Shown here in pieces: positions 8,292 to 16,167 of a stretch of 44,724 bases of DNA; within the stretch, counting starts at the first letter, position 1, and each line of letters starts with the position of its first letter. The stretch is taken from positions 1 to 44,724 of the IMG/VR virus record IMGVR_UViG_3300048575_000518; one strand, given 5' to 3'. The stretch comes from a virus (Duplodnaviria > Caudoviricetes). Both the position numbers and the translations under genes were made by a program. A model generated the notes under the pieces. The model made no database searches, was not told the origin of the DNA, and saw only the letters and a list, made by a program, of their open reading frames with translations.

Positions 8292-8569
8292 CCTGCATCT
8301 TCCATTAACTTGTCTTCAGCGTGGCGTTTAGCCATGTAGCAATCGTCACGGAAGTAGAGACTGCTATCCGCATTATCAAACGCCTCGGAAATATCAGCTT
8401 GAATGTTGTGACCGGCTTCAGCGATTAGAGCTATTGCAGCATCATGTGCAACGCCGTCTTGAGTCTTATCGACTCCGTTAATTGTGAGTCGGGTGAAATC
8501 ACCCTGTCGGTCGACTGAAATCCTGATGATCGAGTGACCGAGATTGTAGGTTGGTTTGGCGTGAGTCAT
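8288..8569 (-). CDS. Hypothetical protein
   Basis: ATGA-coupled at both ends. Confidence 0.65.
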   Translation of the reverse strand: MTHAKPTYNLGHSIIRISVDRQGDFTRLTINGVDKTQDGVAHDAAIALIAEAGHNIQADISEAFDNADSSLYFRDDCYMAKRHAEDKLMEDAG

Positions 8570-8841
8570 GCGGCACCGCCTTCGTCAAACTCGCCAGTGA
8601 CGAATTCTTGGCGCTTGCTTGCATCGCGACTATCTAAAAAGAGATTCGCAGCTTCCATGAATTGAGCGACTTGTCCGGTGATTGCCTTACCTTCTTTGTC
8701 GGCCTTGTCTTGGATGTAGCGGACATAGTTATCAAGTTCGAACATATCGATGGCGCCGATTTCGATAGCCGCTTCACAAATATGCTCTTCGATGTGAGCG
8801 ACAAGATCGGCCTTGAGAAGGCTCTGTGCTTTTGCGCTCAT
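8566..8841 (-). CDS. Hypothetical protein
   Basis: ATGA-coupled at both ends. Confidence 0.65.
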   Translation of the reverse strand: MSAKAQSLLKADLVAHIEEHICEAAIEIGAIDMFELDNYVRYIQDKADKEGKAITGQVAQFMEAANLFLDSRDASKRQEFVTGEFDEGGAA

Positions 8842-9134
8842 TGCACAGCCTCACAATAATCACGGATTTCGGCGTCAGATACGCAGCCACTTGCGAAGGC
8901 GTCATTTCGTCGACGAATCAAAGTTTGCGCGATCTCGACTGCCTCCGATTCATCCGTCCAAACCGAATGAATATCGCTCGCCGAAAGCCCGCCTTTGAAT
9001 TGCAGATCAAGCCCGCGAAGATTTGCGCGCGTCAGAATATCTACTAGTTCTGACTTGAGCTTCGGGAACTCGACAATCCACAGAATGTTAATTTTCATGA
9101 CCGCACACCCATCAAGTGACAAACACGTATACAT
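8838..9134 (-). CDS. Hypothetical protein (start may be 9098)
   Basis: First ORF after the cro-like gene, coupled to the next gene. Confidence 0.6.
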   Translation of the reverse strand: MYTCLSLDGCAVMKINILWIVEFPKLKSELVDILTRANLRGLDLQFKGGLSASDIHSVWTDESEAVEIAQTLIRRRNDAFASGCVSDAEIRDYCEAVQ

Positions 9135-9135
9135 T

Positions 9136-9160
9136 CGCGGTGTTTTTTCAAAACGCCGCG
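9136..9160. terminator. Hairpin downstream of cro (possible attenuator)
   Basis: CGCGGTGTTTT-TTC-AAAACGCCGCG inverted repeat. Confidence 0.4.
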
Positions 9161-9189
9161 TGAACCATTTCTATAAAATCAATTTTAGT

Positions 9190-9459
9190 TTAGTATCCGC
9201 TTACCAACGCGGCCTCGGGTGCCCTTTTTCTGCTCACGCCAATGAGCTTGAAAAGCACATCCCTCGGCCGCCCCATAAGATCTGAGAGTTCATATTGCTC
9301 AGCGGGAGACACGAGACTGGGATACCGCCCAGCCGCGATCTTTGCCGCTTTTGAAAATGAACACTCAAGTCGTTCTTGGATTAGCTGCGCGGCAATCTTC
9401 AACCCGCCTACGCTCGCTCTCCATTTCGCAACTTCTTTCCGATCAAGTCTCCTCTTCAT
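9190..9459 (-). CDS. Cro-like HTH regulator
   Basis: Small basic HTH-like protein (AAQLIQERLECSFSKAAKIAAGR) divergent from the repressor. Confidence 0.65.
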   Translation of the reverse strand: MKRRLDRKEVAKWRASVGGLKIAAQLIQERLECSFSKAAKIAAGRYPSLVSPAEQYELSDLMGRPRDVLFKLIGVSRKRAPEAALVSGY

Positions 9460-9472
9460 TACCGCCTCTGAA

Positions 9473-9551
9473 GCAATCTATGCGCTACCCGCGAAGTTTT
9501 GTCGAGCATTTTTTGCGTCAATCGCGAAATACATTGCCGCAAAATATGCGG
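9473..9551. promoter_or_regulatory. Three operator-like GCA-N5-TGC palindromes in the cro/cI intergenic region
   Basis: GCAATCTATGC at 9473, GCATTTTTTGC at 9506, GCAAAATATGC at 9539. Confidence 0.65.
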
Positions 9552-9575
9552 TAGCCTTGTAAGCAGAGGTAACGA

Positions 9576-10037
9576 TTGGATAATTACAGGAAGCTAGTCG
9601 GCCAGAAAATTCGACAACGCAGAAAGGAATTGGGCTTTAAAACGCAAGCCGATTTGGCTGACAAAATCGGCGTTGATAGTTCGCGTGTGTCGAGATGGGA
9701 AACGGGCGACGATTTTCCGACAGACTATAGAGCGGAACTTCTGACGCATTTAAAAGTATCTGAAGAGTACCTATTCGGCGAGAAGCCCGCCGCTCCCCCG
9801 CCGCCTGATTCAAATTCGATTTTTGAATATGTGAAGAATCTCGAAGCTGAAAACAAAGTACTTAAGTCCAGCGCACTGCCGTCCGATCTGTCGCTCATCA
9901 AGCGAAAGCTAATCAACAAGATCCTCGACCTCTCCGACGACGACGCCAGTGTTATCGATGCCGGGGGGATTCTTGACGGCGGATTTTCTACTATAAACGA
10001 GGGAGAGGTGTCGCCTGGACGCGACCGGCGGCGGTGA
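9576..10037 (+). CDS. CI-like XRE-family repressor without S24 peptidase domain
   Basis: KIRQRRKELGFKTQADLADKIGVDSSRVSRWETG HTH_3; TTG start behind GAGG. Confidence 0.8.
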   Translation: MDNYRKLVGQKIRQRRKELGFKTQADLADKIGVDSSRVSRWETGDDFPTDYRAELLTHLKVSEEYLFGEKPAAPPPPDSNSIFEYVKNLEAENKVLKSSALPSDLSLIKRKLINKILDLSDDDASVIDAGGILDGGFSTINEGEVSPGRDRRR

Positions 10038-10273
10038 CTCTTGCATGAGTTTCGCGGCGAAACACAATAACTTTATCGCTTGTCTGATTAAATCCAACAC
10101 TCGCGCATTCGATTTCATGACGCACGATTCGGACAAACGTCGTGATGACTTAACCGCTTCGATTAACGCGATCGAGTAACAACTATAAATCAAATCAGTA
10201 TGATGTCACTATCCTTAACTGGTAAATTGGACAGCTTGCAAAAGACCTTAACCGTTCGCGAAATGATAAAAAA

Positions 10274-10498
10274 TTATTTTTGCCGCCGCTCAACTCGCCG
10301 GACTAAATCCGATGGCGCGACACCAAGGCTTTGAGCGAGATCAAAGACCGTGCTGAGAGTTGGTGTTTTTCGACCATTTTCTAAACGCGAGATTGTCTCG
10401 CGAGAATACCCGGCTTTCTCAGCAAGATCATCTTGAGTCATACCGACGTCAGTTCGAATCGCGCTCAACACTGCGCCGAACGCTCTAGCTACATTCAT
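10274..10498 (-). CDS. XRE HTH protein resembling restriction-modification controller (C) proteins
   Basis: FGAVLSAIR...MTQDDLAEKAGYSRETISRLENGRKTPTLSTVFDLAQSLGV; upstream C-box-like site. Confidence 0.85.
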   Translation of the reverse strand: MNVARAFGAVLSAIRTDVGMTQDDLAEKAGYSRETISRLENGRKTPTLSTVFDLAQSLGVAPSDLVRRVERRQK

Positions 10499-10515
10499 GC
10501 TCAGAGCGTATAGCC

Positions 10516-10550
10516 ATGTGACCTAAAGGCCCATGACCCAAAGGTCACAT
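10516..10550. promoter_or_regulatory. C-box-like double operator
   Basis: 35 bp ATGTGACCTAAAGGCCCATGACCCAAAGGTCACAT: outer palindrome ATGTGACC/GGTCACAT and two GACC-N4-GG(T/C)C units 15 bp apart. Confidence 0.7.
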
Positions 10551-10645
10551 CATTATGAGGCAGTTTGCAGTAAATCGTCTTAATTTTTCTTTACCGACCT
10601 ATTGCCTATGCGGCGCGATCCGATAGTGATGATGTTGGAGGCGGC

Positions 10646-11008
10646 GTGCGACCTATCTCACTTTCGCTAGCAATTTTTCTTTCGATCGGCTGCGCGCAGG
10701 GGCCGAAAGAAAAATCGTTCTATTCTTTTTGGAAATCAAAGTTGGGCGCGGAGCTAGACCTCCGCTACGCGGAATTTGATATCAACAAATCGATAAACGT
10801 CATCATGAATGAGTCCGCAGTCTGCAAATGTGACGCGGCATTTTCCGGCGATGGGCATTTCGGCGGCTTCCATTTCGGCCCGTGCGGATACGACTCCGGC
10901 GGAAATGGCGACCCTGGATGCGACTCGCTCGCCGCGATCGGCTCGTATGAACGACACTGGAACGAGCTCACTATGTGCAGCGAGAGCGCCTGCGTGACGT
11001 ATTACTGA
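10646..11008 (+). CDS. Cysteine-rich lipoprotein (moron)
   Basis: MRPISLSLAIFLSIG-C lipobox; GGAGG RBS; six further Cys; opposite strand to the lytic genes. Confidence 0.7.
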   Translation: MRPISLSLAIFLSIGCAQGPKEKSFYSFWKSKLGAELDLRYAEFDINKSINVIMNESAVCKCDAAFSGDGHFGGFHFGPCGYDSGGNGDPGCDSLAAIGSYERHWNELTMCSESACVTYY

Positions 11009-11103
11009 GAGAGTTTCTAATCAATAATTATTTATTCGCATTGACTCATATCCCTCGCGGAACGATGCAACGAGCACTACTGAGTGACTCAATCGTGCAG
11101 CTC

Positions 11104-11132
11104 AAAAATCTCGCGCACAAAATTGCGGCGAG
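11104..11132 (-). terminator. Terminator at the end of the late operon
   Basis: Minus strand CTCGCCGCA-ATTTTG-TGCGCGAG hairpin then ATTTTT, just after the endolysin stop. Confidence 0.55.
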
Positions 11133-11142
11133 CGAAGCGTGA

Positions 11143-11868
11143 TCACGCAACCACGTTCGCAACCGTCGTCATGAGCCCCAACTCTTGCAGCTTCAAAAGC
11201 ACGGCAGCGACTCCGACTTGATCGTCTTTCGCGTCCGGGTCGAATACGTGATCGCGCACGTACTTGCCGCGTCCGGGATAAACATTCGTGCAGCTCCAAA
11301 TGTACGGGCTAAAAAAGAGCCTGCCTTTTTTGTACATGCTCAAGTACCCGGTGCCGTTGTAGCGTTCAGCCATCTGCAGCATTTTCTCGAGCGTCCAATC
11401 TCGCACGTCAGTGAGGCCGTCGTATTTAAGCGCATCGATCGCGCCGTCCTCGAACGACGCAAACGGACCTCGGCCCGACGGTACGTTAACAGTTTTGCGA
11501 TCAAGCCTGTCACCGTTTCCAAGGTACCGATCAAATTTAAACGACGCTTCGAGACCATGGATTGCTGCGATGAGCGGCCACGGCACACCTGTCATGCTTT
11601 CGATTTTCTTATAGCGCGAGATGTTCGGCGTGATGCATCTCAACGCCCAAGCGACACGAGCGCGCTCATCTTCGTTGTCGGAAAGTTTCGCGGTCTTCAA
11701 GAGATTTTCGTACCACGCGAGTGAGCCGATATCGATCGGCTTTGCGGGAATTGCAACCGGAGCCGGAGGCAAATCAACCGGCGACACATTCTCGATTTTC
11801 GTTTCTGCAATTTTCGTCTCTTTTTTTGCAGCAAATCCGCGCTTGAGCCAGTCAATGAATCCCATCAC
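11143..11868 (-). CDS. Endolysin, lysozyme family (COG5526-like)
   Basis: TGVPWPLIAAIHGLEAS...LGNGD...VPSGRGPF...ERYNGTGY...SPYIWS...GKYVRD...QVGVA. Confidence 0.85.
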   Translation of the reverse strand: MMGFIDWLKRGFAAKKETKIAETKIENVSPVDLPPAPVAIPAKPIDIGSLAWYENLLKTAKLSDNEDERARVAWALRCITPNISRYKKIESMTGVPWPLIAAIHGLEASFKFDRYLGNGDRLDRKTVNVPSGRGPFASFEDGAIDALKYDGLTDVRDWTLEKMLQMAERYNGTGYLSMYKKGRLFFSPYIWSCTNVYPGRGKYVRDHVFDPDAKDDQVGVAAVLLKLQELGLMTTVANVVA

Positions 11869-12251
11869 TTCACTCCTTTAAGAATTTTGTCGAGCGCTTG
11901 AATGACCGAATCGACGCTTTCGACTTGAACGTTACAGTCGGGGCCAGCCAAACGGCACCCTCTGAGCCAGTCCTTTTTTATTTCTGTCCAGTACTTCGCA
12001 TGAATCATGAGCATGTACGGACGCTCTTTTGCCCACTCGTCTTTTGAAACCAATCTATTCGTGTTTACGACGGTCGTATGACAAGCGCCCTCGGCTCCGT
12101 CGAGAAACGGAATCTCTGCACAAACCTCGACCTTCGTGATTTTCCCGCTCGACGCGCAGCCGCTAAGAAGCTGAGCTGCCGCCAACGCTGCCGATGCGAG
12201 AAATAATCTCAAGATACTGCTCCCGGATCTCCTGCTTTTTGGCTTCGTCAT
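11865..12251 (-). CDS. Lipoprotein, o-spanin (Rz1)-like
   Basis: Basic N terminus, hydrophobic stretch, LLSG-C lipobox; 5' end overlaps the upstream membrane gene in another frame. Confidence 0.6.
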   Translation of the reverse strand: MTKPKSRRSGSSILRLFLASAALAAAQLLSGCASSGKITKVEVCAEIPFLDGAEGACHTTVVNTNRLVSKDEWAKERPYMLMIHAKYWTEIKKDWLRGCRLAGPDCNVQVESVDSVIQALDKILKGVK

Positions 12252-12534
12252 AGATCTTCGCTGTCGCTTTCTCGTATGCTTCTTTCGCATGAATCTTGAA
12301 TTCATCGAGCTTTTGCCCTTCTCGATACGCATCGATCGAGATGTCGATTAAGAATGTGCCGTCTTCGATCAAAACACCGAGCACGCCACGGAGAAAGAAT
12401 CCGGCAAAGCTCCCCGCGACTCCGACGATACCGAACTTTGCCAGAAGCAGAGTCGTACCGAGTCGCACAATGAACAGGTCCCGGTTCTTTGAGCTCAGGA
12501 CCCGAGCAATGAAAAACGCGAGGCCGCGGTTCAT
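12163..12534 (-). CDS. Membrane protein, i-spanin (Rz)-like
   Basis: N-terminal hydrophobic segments then a charged helical tail; overlaps the lipoprotein gene. Confidence 0.5.
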   Translation of the reverse strand: MNRGLAFFIARVLSSKNRDLFIVRLGTTLLLAKFGIVGVAGSFAGFFLRGVLGVLIEDGTFLIDISIDAYREGQKLDEFKIHAKEAYEKATAKIYDEAKKQEIREQYLEIISRIGSVGGSSAS

Positions 12535-13055
12535 GCCTTGTTCGCTTCAGCCAGCTTCTTGCCGAGTACACTCATCAGAAGCTCGGTGAGCTGATTGCCG
12601 CCGAGGCTCCACATCTGCGAGGCCAGACCGCCCGAGAAGAGAATCATGTAAGCGGCTTCTTTTACGTCTACTCCGCCCACAACATGAGCCGCACCGCCGC
12701 TCAGAAATGCGATGACGATCGAGACCCACGGCAAAACTTTTGTCGACAAGTTCAATTTAGGAATTGCGAATTGCCTGAATACAACAGTCAGAACCATGAC
12801 GACGATCGCGCCAACAACAAACCATTTTCCGTTGATGAGCGCATCGATGAGCGCAGGCAAGAGGCTCGTCGCTTGATCGAGCGTTCCTGGCGCCACAACA
12901 ACCGCAGCCGCTGCCACGGGCGCTGCAACGACTTCCGGTGCCGGCGACGCAACAACTTCTTGCGCGAGCGCGACAGCTGGAAACTGAAACGCGATCGGTG
13001 TAGCAAGCGGTGTCAGTGCTAGAGCTAGTGCGAATGCTGCGAAATACGTTTTCAT
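12531..13055 (-). CDS. Holin-like membrane protein with signal-peptide-like N terminus
   Basis: MKTYFAAFALALAL..., Ala/Pro/Val linker, about three hydrophobic helices; lysis cluster position. Confidence 0.55.
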   Translation of the reverse strand: MKTYFAAFALALALTPLATPIAFQFPAVALAQEVVASPAPEVVAAPVAAAAVVVAPGTLDQATSLLPALIDALINGKWFVVGAIVVMVLTVVFRQFAIPKLNLSTKVLPWVSIVIAFLSGGAAHVVGGVDVKEAAYMILFSGGLASQMWSLGGNQLTELLMSVLGKKLAEANKA

Positions 13056-13265
13056 TTACTTACCTTTCGTCTCGAGCGCGTGAATTCGCGACTCGTGTTT
13101 ATCTAAATCTCGTTCGTTCCTTGTTGTTTTCTCGATGATCACAAGCAGCTTTGCATTCAGCTCATCGAGCGATGTCCGCATGCCGGTCGCGGTTGAGACT
13201 CCAAATCCGATCCCGGCTGCAATCGCTGATTTGAATGCCCAGTCAACGAATTTTGAGAAGTCCAC
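13056..13265 (-). CDS. Small membrane/coiled-coil protein (lysis cluster)
   Basis: N-terminal hydrophobic helix then coiled coil ending HESRIHALE. Confidence 0.6.
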   Translation of the reverse strand: MDFSKFVDWAFKSAIAAGIGFGVSTATGMRTSLDELNAKLLVIIEKTTRNERDLDKHESRIHALETKGK

Positions 13266-13277
13266 TTGTCACCCGCC

Positions 13278-13460
13278 TCATCTCGCAATCGCTTGATATA
13301 CGCTCACGGGCCACATCGCGCCGGTCACTGAATTCATCACCACGCACTCGCCCTTGGACATAACTCGCGATGGAGGATGGCAGTCTTGGTTTATCATCGT
13401 CGACGAAGTGCCGACCCAGCCGCCGATGTACACGAAAAGTAAAATCTCAAGCCCTGTCAT
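13278..13460 (-). CDS. Small membrane protein
   Basis: Two hydrophobic segments; GAGG RBS. Confidence 0.55.
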   Translation of the reverse strand: MTGLEILLFVYIGGWVGTSSTMINQDCHPPSRVMSKGECVVMNSVTGAMWPVSVYQAIAR

Positions 13461-13463
13461 ACC

Positions 13464-13550
13464 TCACCCCCGCCCTACAAGCGCACACACCGCGAGCGTG
13501 CCAACGACCAAAATCAGAATCCAAAGATTTTCGATCATGCGAGATTTCAT
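13464..13550 (-). CDS. 28-aa single-pass membrane peptide missing from the ORF track
   Basis: MKSRMIENLWILILVVGTLAVCALVGRG*, AAGG upstream, fills the gap after the tail fibre. Confidence 0.4.
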   Translation of the reverse strand: MKSRMIENLWILILVVGTLAVCALVGRG

Positions 13551-13561
13551 GTGTGCCTTTC

Positions 13562-15700
13562 TTAGCGTGGACTCATGCAAACAATGTTTGCGTTTAAGTT
13601 CGTCAGCGTTGTTGGACTATTGGCACATGCAACGCGTATTGATGTTGTTGACGAACTAACAATCATGCAAAACGACATGCTGCCCGTCCCGTAAACGGTC
13701 GCTGTACAAGTCGGATCGACAGGGAAAGTTCCGGCCGCAATAGCGAGCGTTGCATCGCCGGTCGTGCACGAGCCGACAGACGAAATCCACGTGCCAGACT
13801 GACTTGTAATTGCGCACGATGAACCGACCAGCACTTTCGCGCGCATCACTCTCTCGAAACCATCCGAGTTACTCGTCACTCCATTTGTGAGCAAGGGCGC
13901 TTGAGCTGATTCTGTCGCGATGCAAGGGGTGAGTGCGATGTTAGCCGGGTACGTCTCTGTACCAGAGCCAGCGGCATTTGAGGTTACTGTTGAGGTGTTA
14001 TATCCAGCGCCGCCTCCGCCATCAACTGCTCGACCTCCTGTTCCACTCCATGCCCCAAATGCTCCGCGATCAGACGTATTCGATAGCGTGTGCGTATGAC
14101 TTTGCAGGTTGTCGTTCTGTTTCGTTCCGAGCGTGCCGCTGTACGTTTCACCACCGAATGTTTGCGAGCCAGCGCCACGTGGGAATACACCTTGCGAATT
14201 CGGAATATTAACTGTCGTCGAGCCGTCGCCTGTTCCGTATATCAAGCCGCCGCTCACCAACTTCGCGCCGAGCTTTGTCGTGCGCAAAATCGCCGCGCCG
14301 TCGGCTTTCATCGAGCCTGTCGGGCAAGATGCGTCAAGCGAGTAAAAAATCATGCCGAGTGTGTCGAGGGTTTTGTCCGGCCGGAATGCAGTCTCAGCGG
14401 TCCAGCCCTGAATCGGCACGCGGGCGGTGAAAAATAACGCGTATGTATTTGCGAAGTCAGAGCCTTGGATGAACGACGATAGCGCATGGCGCGTGAAGTA
14501 CAGCGTGCTTCCGCTCGTGATGCGCACAGAAGTTGGCTCAAAACCGCCTGCGCCTGAGCGATAGAAAAAGCCAGAGCCAACCACCGCCGTATTTGTGGCT
14601 TTCGTAAGAAGGCCGTTCGGAAGCGATACTTCGAATTGCCCGCCAGAACCTGCGCCGTTCCAGTTAATACCGACCATGATTATAATGGCATCTTTGTCGC
14701 GCGACCATTGCGCATATGTGATCGATGAATTCGTGCCGTTCGTAAGAGTCGGCGTGTAGCTCTGCAAAGACGATTCGGGCCACACGCTCGTAAGATTCCG
14801 CGCCAAGCCCGTATACCCACCATCGACTTTCACAGTACCAGTTGCCGACGAGGTTGATTTAAGACGAACACCGATTGCTCCGGACGCAGGTGCCGCGATA
14901 GTGAGCGACACTCGACCCCATTGGTTCGCACTAGGCACTGCATCGCACTGAATCTCAATCGTGCCGTTGACTGCGCAGACTTGCAGATTCTGAAGCGATG
15001 TCTTCACGAAAAGCGAATACTCGAGATTGTTTCCAACGAGCGACGGAGTGGGCGTCACAGTTTGCGTGAGGATGGTGCCGGTCACTGACGAGAGAGAAAG
15101 CGACAGAGCTTGAACGCCTTCGCCCGCGACGTAGTCGGAGGTGTCGACGGAGGGTGTGCCGGCGGTGACTGTCCAGCTTCCGGCGTATGCTGCATCTTCA
15201 AAGCTCGGATTCGCGAGCAAATTACTCGATGTACCTGCCCCCGAGCCGACTTCTTTTTCAGCGCCAGCGGAGTCTTTGGTGTAGAGCTTCCCGTCGGTTT
15301 TTGCGTAAATCTTTTTGTAGCCGGCGCCAGGCGTTGACGGAGCTGAGCTTTGCTCGCTTAAGCGAATCGCATCGCTGACCGCTGGATCAGTGAGAGTTTT
15401 ATTTGTGAGAGTTGCAGATGCGGAATTCTTCGTGCCATCTGAGGTATTGTCCACGTTTCCAAGGCCAACATCACCTTTGACGATGCCGGTCGGAGAATTT
15501 ATTGCCGGGGCCGTGAGCGTTTTATTTGTGAGCGTGGCCGTCCCTGTTTCAGTGACGACCGTTCCGCTTGCTGCCGGCATGGTCCAAGTCTTCGCGCGAT
15601 CCGGAGAGCGGACAGCGTCGCCCGTGATGTAATTCGCGGCCAACGCAAACTGAGTCGCAAAAATAAAAGTCAAGGAATACAGAGCAAGATATTTCTTCAT
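13562..15700 (-). CDS. Tail fibre/adhesin with carbohydrate-binding-like and tail collar domains
   Basis: TLTNKTLT repeats, VGLGNVDNT, NLLANPSFE, collar CPTGSMKADG...GDGSTTVNIPNSQGVFPRG; ATG 15700 behind AGAGG. Confidence 0.8.
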   Translation of the reverse strand: MKKYLALYSLTFIFATQFALAANYITGDAVRSPDRAKTWTMPAASGTVVTETGTATLTNKTLTAPAINSPTGIVKGDVGLGNVDNTSDGTKNSASATLTNKTLTDPAVSDAIRLSEQSSAPSTPGAGYKKIYAKTDGKLYTKDSAGAEKEVGSGAGTSSNLLANPSFEDAAYAGSWTVTAGTPSVDTSDYVAGEGVQALSLSLSSVTGTILTQTVTPTPSLVGNNLEYSLFVKTSLQNLQVCAVNGTIEIQCDAVPSANQWGRVSLTIAAPASGAIGVRLKSTSSATGTVKVDGGYTGLARNLTSVWPESSLQSYTPTLTNGTNSSITYAQWSRDKDAIIIMVGINWNGAGSGGQFEVSLPNGLLTKATNTAVVGSGFFYRSGAGGFEPTSVRITSGSTLYFTRHALSSFIQGSDFANTYALFFTARVPIQGWTAETAFRPDKTLDTLGMIFYSLDASCPTGSMKADGAAILRTTKLGAKLVSGGLIYGTGDGSTTVNIPNSQGVFPRGAGSQTFGGETYSGTLGTKQNDNLQSHTHTLSNTSDRGAFGAWSGTGGRAVDGGGGAGYNTSTVTSNAAGSGTETYPANIALTPCIATESAQAPLLTNGVTSNSDGFERVMRAKVLVGSSCAITSQSGTWISSVGSCTTGDATLAIAAGTFPVDPTCTATVYGTGSMSFCMIVSSSTTSIRVACANSPTTLTNLNANIVCMSPR

Positions 15701-15714
15701 CTTCGAAAACCTCT

Positions 15715-16167
15715 TTAGATTTGGCCCCAGTTGGCGCCATCCCAAATCCATTCAACTTTTGAATCAGCAAAGAGATACAGCTCGGCGCTGCCGTCCCTAA
15801 GTTTAATGCCGCTCCCATTTACCAATTTTACGGTCTTAGTATCGTCGCAACCGATCGTCATGAGTCGCTGACCGACCGCCGATCCCGGCGCGATTTGAGG
15901 ATTGGCCGAAATCACAACGGCGACGCCGTTGCCCTGGACAAATGCAATATTGCTGTAGTGAGACGAACTAAACGGAATACCGGTGCCAGCAACGATGTTA
16001 AGTGGCGCGACGCGAGTGCCAGATATTGCTGGCGCCATCGGCGCGTAGTGAGAATCCGCATAGCCCTTCGTCATAAGATCCGACGCGGCGGTCGGCGTTC
16101 CGGCTGACGGGAGCTCGTCGGTCTCGACCAAGTTGTCGACGTTGTATTCGCGCGTGATTCCCATCAC
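15715..16167 (-). CDS. Putative minor tail protein
   Basis: MTKGYAD fibre-like motif, beta-rich, tail module position. Confidence 0.6.
   Translation of the reverse strand: MMGITREYNVDNLVETDELPSAGTPTAASDLMTKGYADSHYAPMAPAISGTRVAPLNIVAGTGIPFSSSHYSNIAFVQGNGVAVVISANPQIAPGSAVGQRLMTIGCDDTKTVKLVNGSGIKLRDGSAELYLFADSKVEWIWDGANWGQI

Noticed and set aside
9909-10193. 94-aa ORF downstream of the C-like gene as its regulated target
   Set aside because: Weak start, no motif, and antisense overlap with the repressor; not supportable as a gene.
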